A DNA stretch of 60,865 bases from Spirochaetota bacterium (lineage in GTDB: Bacteria; Spirochaetota; Spirochaetia; Treponematales; UBA12059). The stretch covers positions 1 to 60,865 of the forward strand of contig JAIFMD010000002.1 in the NCBI GenBank assembly GCA_020048755.1, in the 5' to 3' direction. The position numbers and the translations under genes were made by a program. Positions within the stretch are counted from its first letter, which is position 1. Each line of letters begins with the position of its first letter. A model generated the notes under the pieces. The model ran no database searches, was not told the DNA's origin, and saw only the letters and a list, made by a program, of their open reading frames with translations. Below are positions 51,700 through 60,865 of the stretch, one piece after another.

Positions 51700-52428
51700 A
51701 TGAAGCGCGTACAATCATTTGAAGACGCGAGACGCAGACGGTCCAGGATCCTCAAGATCCTGAAATACATGGCTTTGTTTTTTGTCGTGTTTGAAGTTTT
51801 CTCTGCCTTTGCGTTCAAAACCTGGATGGTTTCTTCATCATCAATGCAGCCTACGCTTGAATCCAGGGACAGGATCGTTGTTGGTTCTTCAACATACGGA
51901 ATTCTGAACCCGTTTACCGGCAAACGCGCCAGCTTCAAGGCTCCCGGCCGCGGCGATATAGTCCTGGTTAGATTGCCTTCATCTGGGGAACGCTCCTGGT
52001 ATCAGCGTCTTGTTGATTCATCCATACGCTTTCTTACATTCCAGAGATTTGGTCAATCCGATCTACAGGACTCGCTTGATACACCGGTCCTCAAGCGCAT
52101 TGTTGCCGGACCAGGTGATTCCGTAATGATGGACGGATACATTGTATACGTAAAGTCCAGCGGGTCCTCTCATTATCTGACAGAATATGAAGTCTCGGGT
52201 GCCGACTACGACATCAAGAGCAGTCAACCCGTGCAGGACTGGAGCAATGATATGCCGCTTTCCGGTACCATGGCCTCAGTTGAACTTGGGCCTGGAGAAT
52301 TCTTCGTCGTTGGTGACAACCGACTCTCGAGCGCTGATTCCAGATTTTTTGGCTCGGTACAATCAGGACTCGTCATCGGCAAGGTTCTGTTCCGGTACTG
52401 GCCTCTGGACCGGATATCCGGATTCTAG
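51700..52428 (+). CDS. lepB: Signal peptidase I (second tandem copy)
   Basis: SSSMQPTL and GDNRLSSADSRFFG. ATG 51700 lies just after the upstream stop. Confidence 0.88.
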   Translation: MKRVQSFEDARRRRSRILKILKYMALFFVVFEVFSAFAFKTWMVSSSSMQPTLESRDRIVVGSSTYGILNPFTGKRASFKAPGRGDIVLVRLPSSGERSWYQRLVDSSIRFLTFQRFGQSDLQDSLDTPVLKRIVAGPGDSVMMDGYIVYVKSSGSSHYLTEYEVSGADYDIKSSQPVQDWSNDMPLSGTMASVELGPGEFFVVGDNRLSSADSRFFGSVQSGLVIGKVLFRYWPLDRISGF

Positions 52429-52433
52429 GCACC

Positions 52434-53639
52434 GTGCCAGAAGCCCCTTCACTCTACGCGCATGTGCCTTTCTGCGCTTCACGCTGCTCCTACTGTGACT
52501 TCCATACTGCTGCGAAGAGTCCTCAGGCATTGCACGACTCCGCCAGTACCTGGTTGCATGCTGTAGACCGCCATCTTCAGAGCCACGGGCGTCGTTTTGG
52601 TGACTCAGGCTTCAACACGGTGTACCTTGGCGGGGGGACTCCTTCCTGGTTGCCCGTTGAAATCCTGATCAAGGTTCTTGATGTGCTAGGCAAGAGCGCT
52701 CGCGCCGGTGGCAGGGAACCCGCTGAGTGGACCGTCGAGGCAAACCCCGAAGATGTGACCGGGGAACTCCTGAACATGCTCGCTGGATCAGGCGTCGACA
52801 GGCTGAGCGTTGGAGTACAGAGCCTCGAGGATGAAGCCAGACGGATTGCGGGGCGCCGTGGCAGCGCGCGCGACACCATGAAGCGGCTGGAACTAATAGC
52901 CCGCGGCTGGAGCGCGCGCTGGTCAGCGGACCTGATGTTCGGGTTGCCCGGTCAGACCCCGTCGGGAATCGCACGGGACGCGCTCTGGCTCGCCGGTCTC
53001 GGTGCGGGGCACGTGTCGTTGTACGAGCTGACGCTGGAACCAGGCACGCCCCTGCAGGCCGCCGCGGAGGCTGGAACCGTGCGCCTGGCTGACGAGGACG
53101 AGCGGGCGGATCTGTATGAAGCTGCGGCGGAAGTGCTCGTCGGAGCAGGTTACAGACGATATGAGGTCTCAAACTGGGCAATACCTGGTCAGGAAAGTAT
53201 ACATAACGAGGTGTACTGGGCCATGGGTGACTGGCTTGCAGTTGGGCCGTCGGGGGTGGGCAATGTCGCGTCGGAGAACGGGGCTTTCATCAGGCTTGAA
53301 AATGCTGACGATGATGGGCGTTACTACGATGACCCGGCAGGATCGGTCCGGGAGTCGCTGGTCTCCGGTGTGGATGCCATGTTCGAGACCCTGCTGACTG
53401 CGCTGCGGACGGTGCGTGGCCTCAATGTATCCAGCTTTGAAAATCGATTCGGCATTGACGCATGTACGGTATTCGGCAAACTACACGAAGAATTTCCTGA
53501 GCTTGTGCAGTATGACGGCATATCGCTCAAACCAACGGAGCGTGGTCTTGATGTGCTCAATGTACCGCTGCTGGCCGCGTTGACCAATGCGGAGCGCTTT
53601 GAAAAAAACAGTACAACAGGCAACGGAGTATCAGCATGA
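52434..53639 (+). CDS. hemW: Radical SAM haem chaperone HemW (HemN-like, oxygen-independent coproporphyrinogen oxidase family)
   Basis: LYAHVPFCASRCSYCDF (CxxxCxxC), and GVDRLSVGVQS. Confidence 0.88.
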   Translation: MPEAPSLYAHVPFCASRCSYCDFHTAAKSPQALHDSASTWLHAVDRHLQSHGRRFGDSGFNTVYLGGGTPSWLPVEILIKVLDVLGKSARAGGREPAEWTVEANPEDVTGELLNMLAGSGVDRLSVGVQSLEDEARRIAGRRGSARDTMKRLELIARGWSARWSADLMFGLPGQTPSGIARDALWLAGLGAGHVSLYELTLEPGTPLQAAAEAGTVRLADEDERADLYEAAAEVLVGAGYRRYEVSNWAIPGQESIHNEVYWAMGDWLAVGPSGVGNVASENGAFIRLENADDDGRYYDDPAGSVRESLVSGVDAMFETLLTALRTVRGLNVSSFENRFGIDACTVFGKLHEEFPELVQYDGISLKPTERGLDVLNVPLLAALTNAERFEKNSTTGNGVSA

Positions 53640-54484
53640 ACATACTCTCTATACAGTCTCACGTGGTGTACGGACGGGTGGGCAACCGGTCTGCCGTTTT
53701 CCCGCTGGAGCGGCTGGGGTTTGAGGTATGGCCAATCAATACGGTGCAGTTCTCCTGCCATACGGGAATGCCGGGCTGGACCGGTACTGCATTCGGCGCA
53801 GAACATGTTTCCAGCCTGGTACGTGGACTTGAAAACCTTGGGGTGTTGTCCCGGTGCGACGCTGTGCTTTCCGGGTACATGGGCGACGCCGAAACCGGCC
53901 AGGCCATAGTTCGGGCCGTCGACGCAACCAAACATGCAAACCCACGGGCCATATACTGCTGCGACCCCGTAATGGGCGATTTTCCTGGTGGTCTCTATGT
54001 AAAAAGCGGATTGCCCGGGTTTATGGCGACAGAGGCAGTAACCCGGGCCGACATCGTCTGCCCTAATGAATTCGAGGCAAGTCTGCTGGCGGGGATAGAA
54101 ATATCTTCTGCCCGTGACGCTGCGGCGGCTGCGGAGGCGATACACCGGATGGGACCGCGCATCGTCATCATAAAGAGTTTCAGGTCCGCGGGGGGAGGCG
54201 AGCTGGGCTTTTTCGTAAGTGATGGCTCAGTAATGAAAGCAGTGACGGCACCAATCCTGCCTTTTGCAAAACCCCCGAAAGGGTCCGGTGATCTGGCCAG
54301 CGCCTTGTTCCTTGGTTATTATCTGAAATGCATGGATATCGTTGAATCAATAGAAAAAACCATAGGCGCATTGTATGCAGTGCTCGAAGCCACGCTCACT
54401 TCTGGTAGCGACAACCTGGCAGTTGTTTTAGCCCAGGAGTCAATAGCCACGCCCTCGCGGCGGTTCAAGACAAGCCCGGCATGA
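53636..54484 (+). CDS. pdxY: Pyridoxal kinase
   Basis: NILSIQSHVVYGRVGNRSAVFPLERLGFEVWPINTVQFSCHTG closely follows the PdxY N-terminus. ATGA overlap with hemW. Confidence 0.88.
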   Translation: MNILSIQSHVVYGRVGNRSAVFPLERLGFEVWPINTVQFSCHTGMPGWTGTAFGAEHVSSLVRGLENLGVLSRCDAVLSGYMGDAETGQAIVRAVDATKHANPRAIYCCDPVMGDFPGGLYVKSGLPGFMATEAVTRADIVCPNEFEASLLAGIEISSARDAAAAAEAIHRMGPRIVIIKSFRSAGGGELGFFVSDGSVMKAVTAPILPFAKPPKGSGDLASALFLGYYLKCMDIVESIEKTIGALYAVLEATLTSGSDNLAVVLAQESIATPSRRFKTSPA

Positions 54485-54489
54485 AACTC

Positions 54490-54518
54490 CGCCCGCAGCC
54501 CCGGGAAGGGTGCGGGCG
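54490..54518. terminator. GC-rich hairpin between convergent genes (putative bidirectional terminator)
   Basis: CGCCCGCA-13 nt-TGCGGGCG. The flanking T/A runs are weak. Confidence 0.4.
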
Positions 54519-54526
54519 AAAGTGCA

Positions 54527-55060
54527 TTACTTTTTCCTGGGAATTACAGGTACAAAGGTCTTGCTGTCAGGTAACACGAAACCGGCGGGCAGATCCTTTA
54601 CGCTCGAGAGGTGCCAGGTCTGATTCCTGCCGAGGAGTCCACCGGTGCCTTTGAGGGAGCCCCGCACAACGAGTTTTGTGCCATCACGCTTGATGGTGCA
54701 ATCGTAGACCTTGCCATCCGCGGGATCTATGATGGAACCTTTCCAGTCGTTGCCCTTGGGTTGCAGCTCGTACACAAAATCAAGGCCACAATTGGGTGGA
54801 TTGCCTGCAAGGGCATCGGCTTTCTTGGTTTTGGTGAAGATGGTATCGTCTACGATGCCGGTTTCCTTGCTGATCGTAGCCATCATCCGGCCAAAGAGCT
54901 TGCCATTGTTCATGTACAACAAAACATAAGCCGTAGGCTTGTTGGTCTTGTCGTCGATAATTTTCCACAGGCCCAGTATGTCATCTGCTGCCCAGGCCGC
55001 CATGCTGCCCAGCGCGAGCAATACCAGCATGATCATGGCGATCGCCCTTGTCTTCCTCAT
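54527..55060 (-). CDS. DUF2147-domain secreted protein
   Basis: Signal peptide, then ILGLWKIIDDKT...GSIIDPADGKVYDCTIKRDGTKLVVRGSL. Confidence 0.75.
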   Translation of the reverse strand: MRKTRAIAMIMLVLLALGSMAAWAADDILGLWKIIDDKTNKPTAYVLLYMNNGKLFGRMMATISKETGIVDDTIFTKTKKADALAGNPPNCGLDFVYELQPKGNDWKGSIIDPADGKVYDCTIKRDGTKLVVRGSLKGTGGLLGRNQTWHLSSVKDLPAGFVLPDSKTFVPVIPRKK

Positions 55061-55161
55061 CGGGATCTCCTTATGTCGATTTCAATGTCAGCACAACCGC
55101 ACCGACCTCTTGAGCAGTTGAAGTATAGGTCTGGCTTCTGCGCCATGTAAAGCTGGAAAAA

Positions 55162-55767
55162 TCAGACAAAAAGGTCGTACTGGTCATTGCGGATGTCCTC
55201 CTTTGTCTTCCTCCAGCCGAGGTTGTATAATTTTTCTGCACCGATGCTCGTTGGAGGTCCGTGTCCTGGCAGGACAAGGCAATCATCGGACAGGCTGAGA
55301 ATCTTTCTGGAAAGTTGTTCCTTGAGCAATTTGTTTCCATACTGGCTCATAGTCTTGCCTATGAGGCCGGCGTGCAGGGTGTCGCCGGTAAATATGATTT
55401 TGTCAAAAATATAGACCATGGAATCCGCTGAATGGCCCGGGACTGAGAGGGCCTGCACTTCGAGTCCGCAGACGGTAAAAACCTCGGTGTCGCGTACCAT
55501 CCTGCATTGCACATCACCGATGGTTGCATTGCTTGAATACACGGTGGCGTCATAAATCCGGAGCAGTGTCCGGAGGCCGTCTATGTGATGGGGATGGTTA
55601 TGCGTCGTCAGGACTGCCTTGACCGTGTAGCCCTTGTCTTCAATGAAATTGAGCAGGCCTATCGTAAACGCTGCGGGGTCGACAATGGCCGCTTCCATGG
55701 TGGTGTCATTGCCGACGAGATAGACATTGGCGAAGCCATGCAGGGAGTAGTGGAAGAACACGGTCAT
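55162..55767 (-). CDS. MBL-fold metallo-hydrolase (glyoxalase II-like)
   Basis: TTHNHPHHIDG metal-binding motif, with later PGHS and TGDTL. Confidence 0.8.
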   Translation of the reverse strand: MTVFFHYSLHGFANVYLVGNDTTMEAAIVDPAAFTIGLLNFIEDKGYTVKAVLTTHNHPHHIDGLRTLLRIYDATVYSSNATIGDVQCRMVRDTEVFTVCGLEVQALSVPGHSADSMVYIFDKIIFTGDTLHAGLIGKTMSQYGNKLLKEQLSRKILSLSDDCLVLPGHGPPTSIGAEKLYNLGWRKTKEDIRNDQYDLFV

Positions 55768-56363
55768 TGATCGATCCTGTCGAGTTCCCGGATGGCTTCC
55801 TGTGTGTTGGATAAACGCCAGGAGACCTCCGACTCTTTGTTCGGTATGATGAACGTCCTTTTAAGGTTGCAATCTATGAAATCCGTATGTTCGAATTCCG
55901 ACATTATGAAGCGGGAGTTGTACAGGTTTGAATAGTTGAAGGTGCAATCGTTGGTCCTGGCTCCATTGAAGCTGTTGTGGACCAGTTCCGAGTGTTCAAA
56001 GGACACATTGAGGAAGCGCGCGCCAGCAAAGCAGCAGTACTGTGCGTCGATGCCTGAAAAATCGCTTGAATCGATGAAGCTGAAATCAAAAAAACACATC
56101 CTGAAGGTGCAGGCTGAGAAATTCATGTTCTGGAGGATGGCTCTGGAAAAGGAGCAGGAATAAAAACGTTTGCCGGAAACATCTGCGCCCTGGAATCGCA
56201 GGCCCGAGGCATTGAGGTTTTTGATGACATCGGTACCGGTAAACTCCTGGAGGATGGAGGCGGACAAACCATCGGGGTCTGGATGGTGTTTTGAACAGTA
56301 TTCCGACCCATGCAGCGCCGTGATGTCGCAACCTGGTGCAGCGCATCGCTTCAATTCGTACAT
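55764..56363 (-). CDS. Pentapeptide-repeat protein with N-terminal Cys/His cluster
   Basis: Runs of A(D/N)LxF-type pentapeptides (ASGLRFQGADVSGKRFYSCSFSRAILQNMNFSACTF...). N-terminal CAAPGCDITALHGSEYCSKHH. GGGAGG lies 8 nt upstream of ATG 56363. Confidence 0.8.
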   Translation of the reverse strand: MYELKRCAAPGCDITALHGSEYCSKHHPDPDGLSASILQEFTGTDVIKNLNASGLRFQGADVSGKRFYSCSFSRAILQNMNFSACTFRMCFFDFSFIDSSDFSGIDAQYCCFAGARFLNVSFEHSELVHNSFNGARTNDCTFNYSNLYNSRFIMSEFEHTDFIDCNLKRTFIIPNKESEVSWRLSNTQEAIRELDRIDQ

Positions 56364-56445
56364 GGCCGTAGCCTCCCTGGGTGCGCACGTGCTCCGCGCC
56401 GTCCGCATGCGGAAGAGGATAGTCGATATCCCTGTAGTCCTCAAG

Positions 56446-56784
56446 ATGGGTAGAATTGAACGCTACCTTGAAAATAATGGCAGGGATGCATACAATGCGT
56501 ACATGTGTTCGTTCTGCGGTATTCCGCTGCCCGATACGAAAATAGGTTTCCGCGACCTGTGTACTACCTGCGGGCGGGAGTTGCACATCTGCAGGCATTG
56601 CCGCTTCTTCAAACCTGGCGTGTACCAGGATTGTACGGAGACGGTGCCCGAAGCCGTCAAGGACAAGGAGCGCATGAATTTTTGTGAATACTTCAAGGCC
56701 GATCCAGCATCGGTCTCCGGTGGCAGGGCGAGGGATTCCTCGAATGCCGCCAAGAGTGCCTTTGACAACCTTTTTGGAAATTGA
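56446..56784 (+). CDS. Small Cys-rich zinc-ribbon-like protein (hypothetical)
   Basis: CSFCG...CTTCG...CRHCRFF...DC...FCEYF. The start is uncertain (ATG 56446 or 56407). The upstream part of the track ORF is antisense to the pentapeptide gene. Confidence 0.55.
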   Translation: MGRIERYLENNGRDAYNAYMCSFCGIPLPDTKIGFRDLCTTCGRELHICRHCRFFKPGVYQDCTETVPEAVKDKERMNFCEYFKADPASVSGGRARDSSNAAKSAFDNLFGN

Positions 56785-56804
56785 CACACCCGTCAGGATT
56801 ACCC

Positions 56805-57632
56805 ATGCACAGTGATCAACGTCCCGTCGCCTTCTTTGATTCAGGTGTCGGCGGTCTTCCGTATCTTGCTGCAGCCAGGTTGCTGATGCCCGGCGAGCGT
56901 TTTGTCTATCTTGCCGACCGCGCCGGCTTTCCGTACGGAACGAAAACCAGGGAACACGTAGTCGAACTGGCACTCCGCGCCATATCCAGGCTCGTGGAAG
57001 AAACAAAGCCCAAGGCTCTCGTGGTGGCCTGCAACACGGCTACGGAACTGGCCATAGAGGAGATACGAGCGGCCCATCCAGGCATTCCCGTTGTGGGGAC
57101 GGTGCCGGCGATAAAGCCTGCGGCAGCCTTGTCAAAAAGCCGCAGGATTGGGGTCATAGCGACGCCGGCGGCGGCGGCGGCTGAATACCTGACGGATCTT
57201 GCCCGGGAATGGGCGGCGGATTGCATCGTCGTCAAGATCGGTGATGGCACGCTCGTCGATTTTGTGGAGCATGAATTCATAGGATCCACCAGGGAAGCCC
57301 GTCTGGCGGCTGTCCGCCCGGGTGTGGACGCAATGCTGGCTAAGGGTGTAGACGCAATAGTGCTCGGTTGCACGCATTTCCTGCATCTCGCTGATGAGTT
57401 CAAGGAAGCGGCAGGCCCCGGCGTTGCAATTGTCGATTCAAGGGACGGTATCGCAGCGAGACTGGAAACTGTACTGGGTTCGATCCGGGTTCCGGGCGTT
57501 TCCAGTGCGCCCAACGGCGGGGACACACTGACTCAAGATCGTATGTACCTGACTGGGCTCGGTGATTTTGGCCCGATCTATGCCGGATTCGCAGCACATT
57601 TCAGGCTTGCCTGTGCAGGCGTCCTGGCATGA
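56805..57632 (+). CDS. murI: Glutamate racemase
   Basis: VAFFDSGVGGLPY, VVACNTAT and LGCTHF. AGGA lies 7 nt upstream of ATG 56805. Confidence 0.93.
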   Translation: MHSDQRPVAFFDSGVGGLPYLAAARLLMPGERFVYLADRAGFPYGTKTREHVVELALRAISRLVEETKPKALVVACNTATELAIEEIRAAHPGIPVVGTVPAIKPAAALSKSRRIGVIATPAAAAAEYLTDLAREWAADCIVVKIGDGTLVDFVEHEFIGSTREARLAAVRPGVDAMLAKGVDAIVLGCTHFLHLADEFKEAAGPGVAIVDSRDGIAARLETVLGSIRVPGVSSAPNGGDTLTQDRMYLTGLGDFGPIYAGFAAHFRLACAGVLA

Positions 57633-58603
57633 GCCGCGGCACCGTAGTTTCGGGGTCCAACAACGGGTTCGACATACTCACCGAAGACGGATCCATGGTC
57701 CGCTGCCAGCTCAAGGGCAAGAAGCTCAAAGGCGCCGAGGGCTTCTACAATCCGTTGGCTGCCGGCGATATCGTGGAATGGGAACCGGCTTCCGCCGGTA
57801 CGGGGATGATCCAGTCGCTGGTGCCCCGCAAGAGCCTGTTCTGGCGTTACAACGAGAAGGGCAAGGCCATCCAGGCCATTGCGGCCAATATGGATGTGCT
57901 CATCTGTGTAACGAGCGCGGCTATGCCGCCATTCCGGCCCCGTTTCATAGACCGGGTTTCCCTGGAGCCTTCCTCGGACAGGTTGCCGTTCATCATTGCG
58001 CTCAACAAGACAGACCTCGGGATAGACGAAGAAGTAGCCGAGCGCATGGACGATTACCGGCGCATAGGCTTCGAGACAATAGAAATGAGCGCCGGTGATG
58101 GCCAGGGTGTCGAAATCCTCCGGGAGCGAATCAGCGGCAAGACCAGCGCTTTTGTCGGCCAGTCTGGTGTGGGCAAGAGTTCCATACTCAACGCGCTCGA
58201 GGCGGGTCTCGGGCTCAAGGTAGGCGAGGTCTGCGAGAAATTCGAGCGCGGACGGCATACGACGGTAGCGGCGATACTCTCGGTGCTGTCCGACGGGGTG
58301 ACCCGGGTAATTGACACGCCCGGGTTCAGGCGGCTGGCCGTCAGGGGTATAGACCCCGTAACGCTGGGCGCCTGTTTTCCGGAATTCAGGAGGCTGGCTG
58401 GGCAGTGCGCGCTCGGTGCCCGCTGCAAACACCTGGACGAGCCCGGTTGCGCCGTAACCGCTGCAGTAGAGGAAGGTACCATCCACGAGGACAGGTATGA
58501 GAGCTATGCGCGCGTGCTGGCCGAACTCGAAGACACCCGCGGGTATGCAAAAAAAATTGGCAAACCACGCCGCTATGAAGAGGATGATTACGAAGATGCA
58601 TGA
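57629..58603 (+). CDS. rsgA: Ribosome small-subunit-dependent GTPase A
   Basis: Circularly permuted GTPase: ALNKTDL (G4) precedes GQSGVGKSSILNAL (G1). RGRHTT. Zinc cluster C..C.H..EPGC. ATGA overlap with murI. Confidence 0.93.
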   Translation: MSRGTVVSGSNNGFDILTEDGSMVRCQLKGKKLKGAEGFYNPLAAGDIVEWEPASAGTGMIQSLVPRKSLFWRYNEKGKAIQAIAANMDVLICVTSAAMPPFRPRFIDRVSLEPSSDRLPFIIALNKTDLGIDEEVAERMDDYRRIGFETIEMSAGDGQGVEILRERISGKTSAFVGQSGVGKSSILNALEAGLGLKVGEVCEKFERGRHTTVAAILSVLSDGVTRVIDTPGFRRLAVRGIDPVTLGACFPEFRRLAGQCALGARCKHLDEPGCAVTAAVEEGTIHEDRYESYARVLAELEDTRGYAKKIGKPRRYEEDDYEDA

Positions 58604-60865
58604 CCATGCGCTGGCACTTCTTGATTTCTACAGGATCAGGGACGATGTAGCCGGTTACTGCCTGAGCGAGGAAGGCGCGCGATCGGTCCGCTCCAGCTTG
58701 CCTTCGGGGGACCAGGCCACAGTCTCCGACACCAAAGCCCGTTCGGCTGCCGTCAGGGAACTGTTCCGGGACGTACGTAGCACACCTGCGGGTTCATTCG
58801 CGCCTGTGGACGAGTCTGCCCGCATAGTAGGCAAGCAAGGCGCCTGCCTTTCGGTGGAAGAACTGTGGGCGCTCGGGATGTGGGCGGACGCATTTGGCTC
58901 TCTGGTCCGCTGGATGTCAGGCATGCGGCACGAAGCGCTGGCCGCAGAACTGGCTGCAGCACCAGATCTGGCACCGGTCGCGCAGGCCGCGTTCAGGATA
59001 GTCGGCCCGGATGGCGAGGTCAAAGACCTGCCTGAACTACGCGAAATACGCTCCCGCATACGCAGACTCAACATGGATATAGAGAAGACTACCTCGTCGT
59101 TTTTCCAGGACGAGAACACGCGGGGCATGCTGCAGAGCGACGTACCCACCCAGCGCGATGGGCGGACCGTGCTTGCGGTAAAAGCCGGTTCCAAGGCCAG
59201 GCTCAAGGGCATAGTGCATGAGGTTTCAGCCACGGGTCAGACGGTCTATATCGAGCCAGAGGCTCTAGTCCAGAAAAACAACGAGCTGGTGGAGGAAGAA
59301 GCACGATACCTGCGCGAGCTGCAACGTGTGCTCCGCGAGACGACAGCAAAGCTTTTTTCATATTCCGATGCCATCCAGACCGCCCGCGTGCTCTGTGCCT
59401 CCTTTGACGGGCTGTATGCTCGGGCGCGGTATTCACATATGAATGATGGTGTCTACGCCGAAGAAAGCAGTTCCGGCATTGAACTCGTTCGAGCACGCCA
59501 CCCCATCCTGGGTTCAAAGGCCGTACCGATAGACCTGCGCATGCCCTCCGGCGCACGTACGTTGATAGTCACCGGCCCCAATACGGGCGGAAAGACGGTA
59601 TCGCTTAAAACTGCGGGCCTCTTTGCCCTGATGAACCAGTTTGGATTGGCTATTCCCGCCTCGTATGGTTCCGCTTTGCCAATTTTTGACGGAGTTTGGG
59701 CGGACATAGGCGACGAGCAGTCGATGGACCAGTCGCTGTCAACATTCTCCGGTCACATGAAGGCAATTTCAGCGATTGTCGAGGGGGCTACTGGCCGCAG
59801 TCTTGTGTTGCTTGACGAGCTGGGTTCGGGAACAGACCCGGAAGAGGGCTGTGCCATAGCCATGGCGCTTCTTGACCTGTTCATAGACCGCGGGGCGCTG
59901 ACCCTCGTAACGACCCACCACGGTATACTAAAGAATTTCGGGTATACCAAGGAAGGTGTGCTCAATGCATCGGTCGACTTTGACAAGGATACGCTTTCTC
60001 CCACCTACCGCATCCTCATGGGCATACCCGGCGAGAGCCGTGCCCTGGACATTGCACGCAAGAACGGTGTAGCCGACGAGGTCGTGAACGGTGCCGGAAA
60101 ATACCTGCGTGAAGAACGAACCGATATTTCCGCACTCATCCGTGGGTTGTCCGACAAGCACCGCGAGCTTGATTCACTTCGCGACGAAGAGAAGCGCAGG
60201 CTACGCGATGCCATGGAGGAACAGCGGAAGGCTGATCTCAAGGAATTGCAGCTCAAGCAGCGGGAATCTGAATTGCGGACGCAGGGGGTCTACGAACTCA
60301 AGACCCTGCTGGCCGAGAGCCGTAAAACACTGGAAAACCTGGTACGGGAAGTGCGCGAGGGCGAATTGACCAAGGCCAAGACCCAGGAAGTCAAGGAATT
60401 CCTGGCCGAGCTTGAAGTTCGCGTTGAAGCGGCAGACCGCAATGCCCGGTTGCAGCAACGTGACCTGAAAGCCGGTTCAAAGCCATTGGCAGCAATTACG
60501 GAAGGCTCGGCTGTACTCGTGCTGCCGGCACGCAGGCGGGGCAGGGTGCTCCGTGCCGTCAAGGGCGGCAAGTGGCTCGTGGAGACCGATGCGCTCCGCC
60601 TGACCGTTGACGAGGCTGATCTCGAGACTACGGTCGAGCTGGAGCAGAAGGCTCCAACGGTATCGATTGAATCAAGTTCCAGTCGCTCCAACCGTGCGGT
60701 CATGGAGCTTGACCTCCGGGGTTTCAGGCTACTCGAGGCAATCACTGCCCTGGAACGGCAACTGGATGCGGCAACCATGGAGAGCCTGACGGGTTTTTCA
60801 ATCATCCACGGTACCGGTGAAGGTGTCCTGCAGCAAGGTGTCAAGGAAACGCTGGCACGGTATCC
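58596..60865 (+). CDS. mutS2: Endonuclease MutS2 (3' end cut by window edge)
   Basis: ATG 58596 overlaps the rsgA stop. The frame is open to the window end. GPNTGGKTVSLKT (Walker A), LLDELGSGTDP (Walker B), and the start of the Smr domain (ELDLRGFR...IIHGTGEGVL). Absent from the ORF track because no stop lies in the window. Confidence 0.92.
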   Translation, partial: MHDHALALLDFYRIRDDVAGYCLSEEGARSVRSSLPSGDQATVSDTKARSAAVRELFRDVRSTPAGSFAPVDESARIVGKQGACLSVEELWALGMWADAFGSLVRWMSGMRHEALAAELAAAPDLAPVAQAAFRIVGPDGEVKDLPELREIRSRIRRLNMDIEKTTSSFFQDENTRGMLQSDVPTQRDGRTVLAVKAGSKARLKGIVHEVSATGQTVYIEPEALVQKNNELVEEEARYLRELQRVLRETTAKLFSYSDAIQTARVLCASFDGLYARARYSHMNDGVYAEESSSGIELVRARHPILGSKAVPIDLRMPSGARTLIVTGPNTGGKTVSLKTAGLFALMNQFGLAIPASYGSALPIFDGVWADIGDEQSMDQSLSTFSGHMKAISAIVEGATGRSLVLLDELGSGTDPEEGCAIAMALLDLFIDRGALTLVTTHHGILKNFGYTKEGVLNASVDFDKDTLSPTYRILMGIPGESRALDIARKNGVADEVVNGAGKYLREERTDISALIRGLSDKHRELDSLRDEEKRRLRDAMEEQRKADLKELQLKQRESELRTQGVYELKTLLAESRKTLENLVREVREGELTKAKTQEVKEFLAELEVRVEAADRNARLQQRDLKAGSKPLAAITEGSAVLVLPARRRGRVLRAVKGGKWLVETDALRLTVDEADLETTVELEQKAPTVSIESSSSRSNRAVMELDLRGFRLLEAITALERQLDAATMESLTGFSIIHGTGEGVLQQGVKETLARY

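Noticed and set aside
53324-54145. 273-aa minus-strand ORF spanning the hemW/pdxY junction
   Set aside because: It is antisense to two motif-supported genes and crosses their boundary.
56086-57006. 306-aa Arg-rich minus-strand ORF
   Set aside because: It overlaps three better-supported genes: pentapeptide (same strand, other frame), zinc-ribbon and murI. Its composition is typical of an out-of-frame or antisense artefact in GC-rich coding DNA.
57578-58486. 302-aa minus-strand ORF antisense to rsgA
   Set aside because: rsgA on the plus strand has complete GTPase and zinc motifs. The antisense ORF has no recognisable motifs.
58655-60844. Minus-strand ORFs 58655-59233, 59203-59556 and 60290-60844
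   Set aside because: They are shadows of mutS2. The mutS2 plus-strand frame is open from 58596 to the window end and contains Walker A/B and Smr motifs. It is missing from the track only because it lacks a stop in the window.

Overview
This is a dense (roughly 90% coding) chromosomal segment that looks like core genome. It is most likely from a spirochaete. That is an inference from the many lipoproteins with loose lipoboxes and from the PEGA/FGE, DUF115(Maf), BNR and TPR proteins; I cannot verify it without a database.

I call about 58 CDS. I found no rRNA, tRNA, CRISPR array, transposase or integrase.

Recognisable housekeeping genes:
- folC, a rarA fusion, and a PBP1A-family synthase
- gap-pgk-tpiA-secG, nusB, map, htrA and glgC
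- an MrfA/MrfB-like helicase-exonuclease pair
- rlmN, rsmD, smpB, two lepB copies, hemW, pdxY, murI and rsgA
- mutS2, which is open at the window end and therefore missing from the ORF track

The ORF track uses TTG/GTG as well as ATG, and many of its starts are over-extended. I trimmed several using SD-like motifs, ATGA/TAATG stop-start overlaps and conserved N-termini. Alternative starts are given in the evidence fields.

I see no clear-cut defence island or mobile element. The observations most worth follow-up are:
1. An A10 homopolymer (18320-18329) splits what reads as one gene. That gene is translationally coupled to a 774-aa hyper-acidic protein and sits directly upstream of two DUF115/Maf-like genes. 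It is a candidate phase-variation or -1 frameshift switch.
2. An apparent operon of PBP1A, a truncated ParB/Srx-type mini-protein with a C-terminal amphipathic tail, and a secreted protein with an LpoB/TolB-N-like domain.
3. Two cassettes of a small beta-barrel OMP followed by a lipoprotein. One lipoprotein is a caspase-fold (C14) protease with a canonical EF-hand loop.
4. A RimK-type ATP-grasp ligase translationally coupled to folC.
5. RarA fused to a degenerate methyltransferase-like domain.

All functional calls rest on motif recognition by eye. No similarity search or structure prediction was run.
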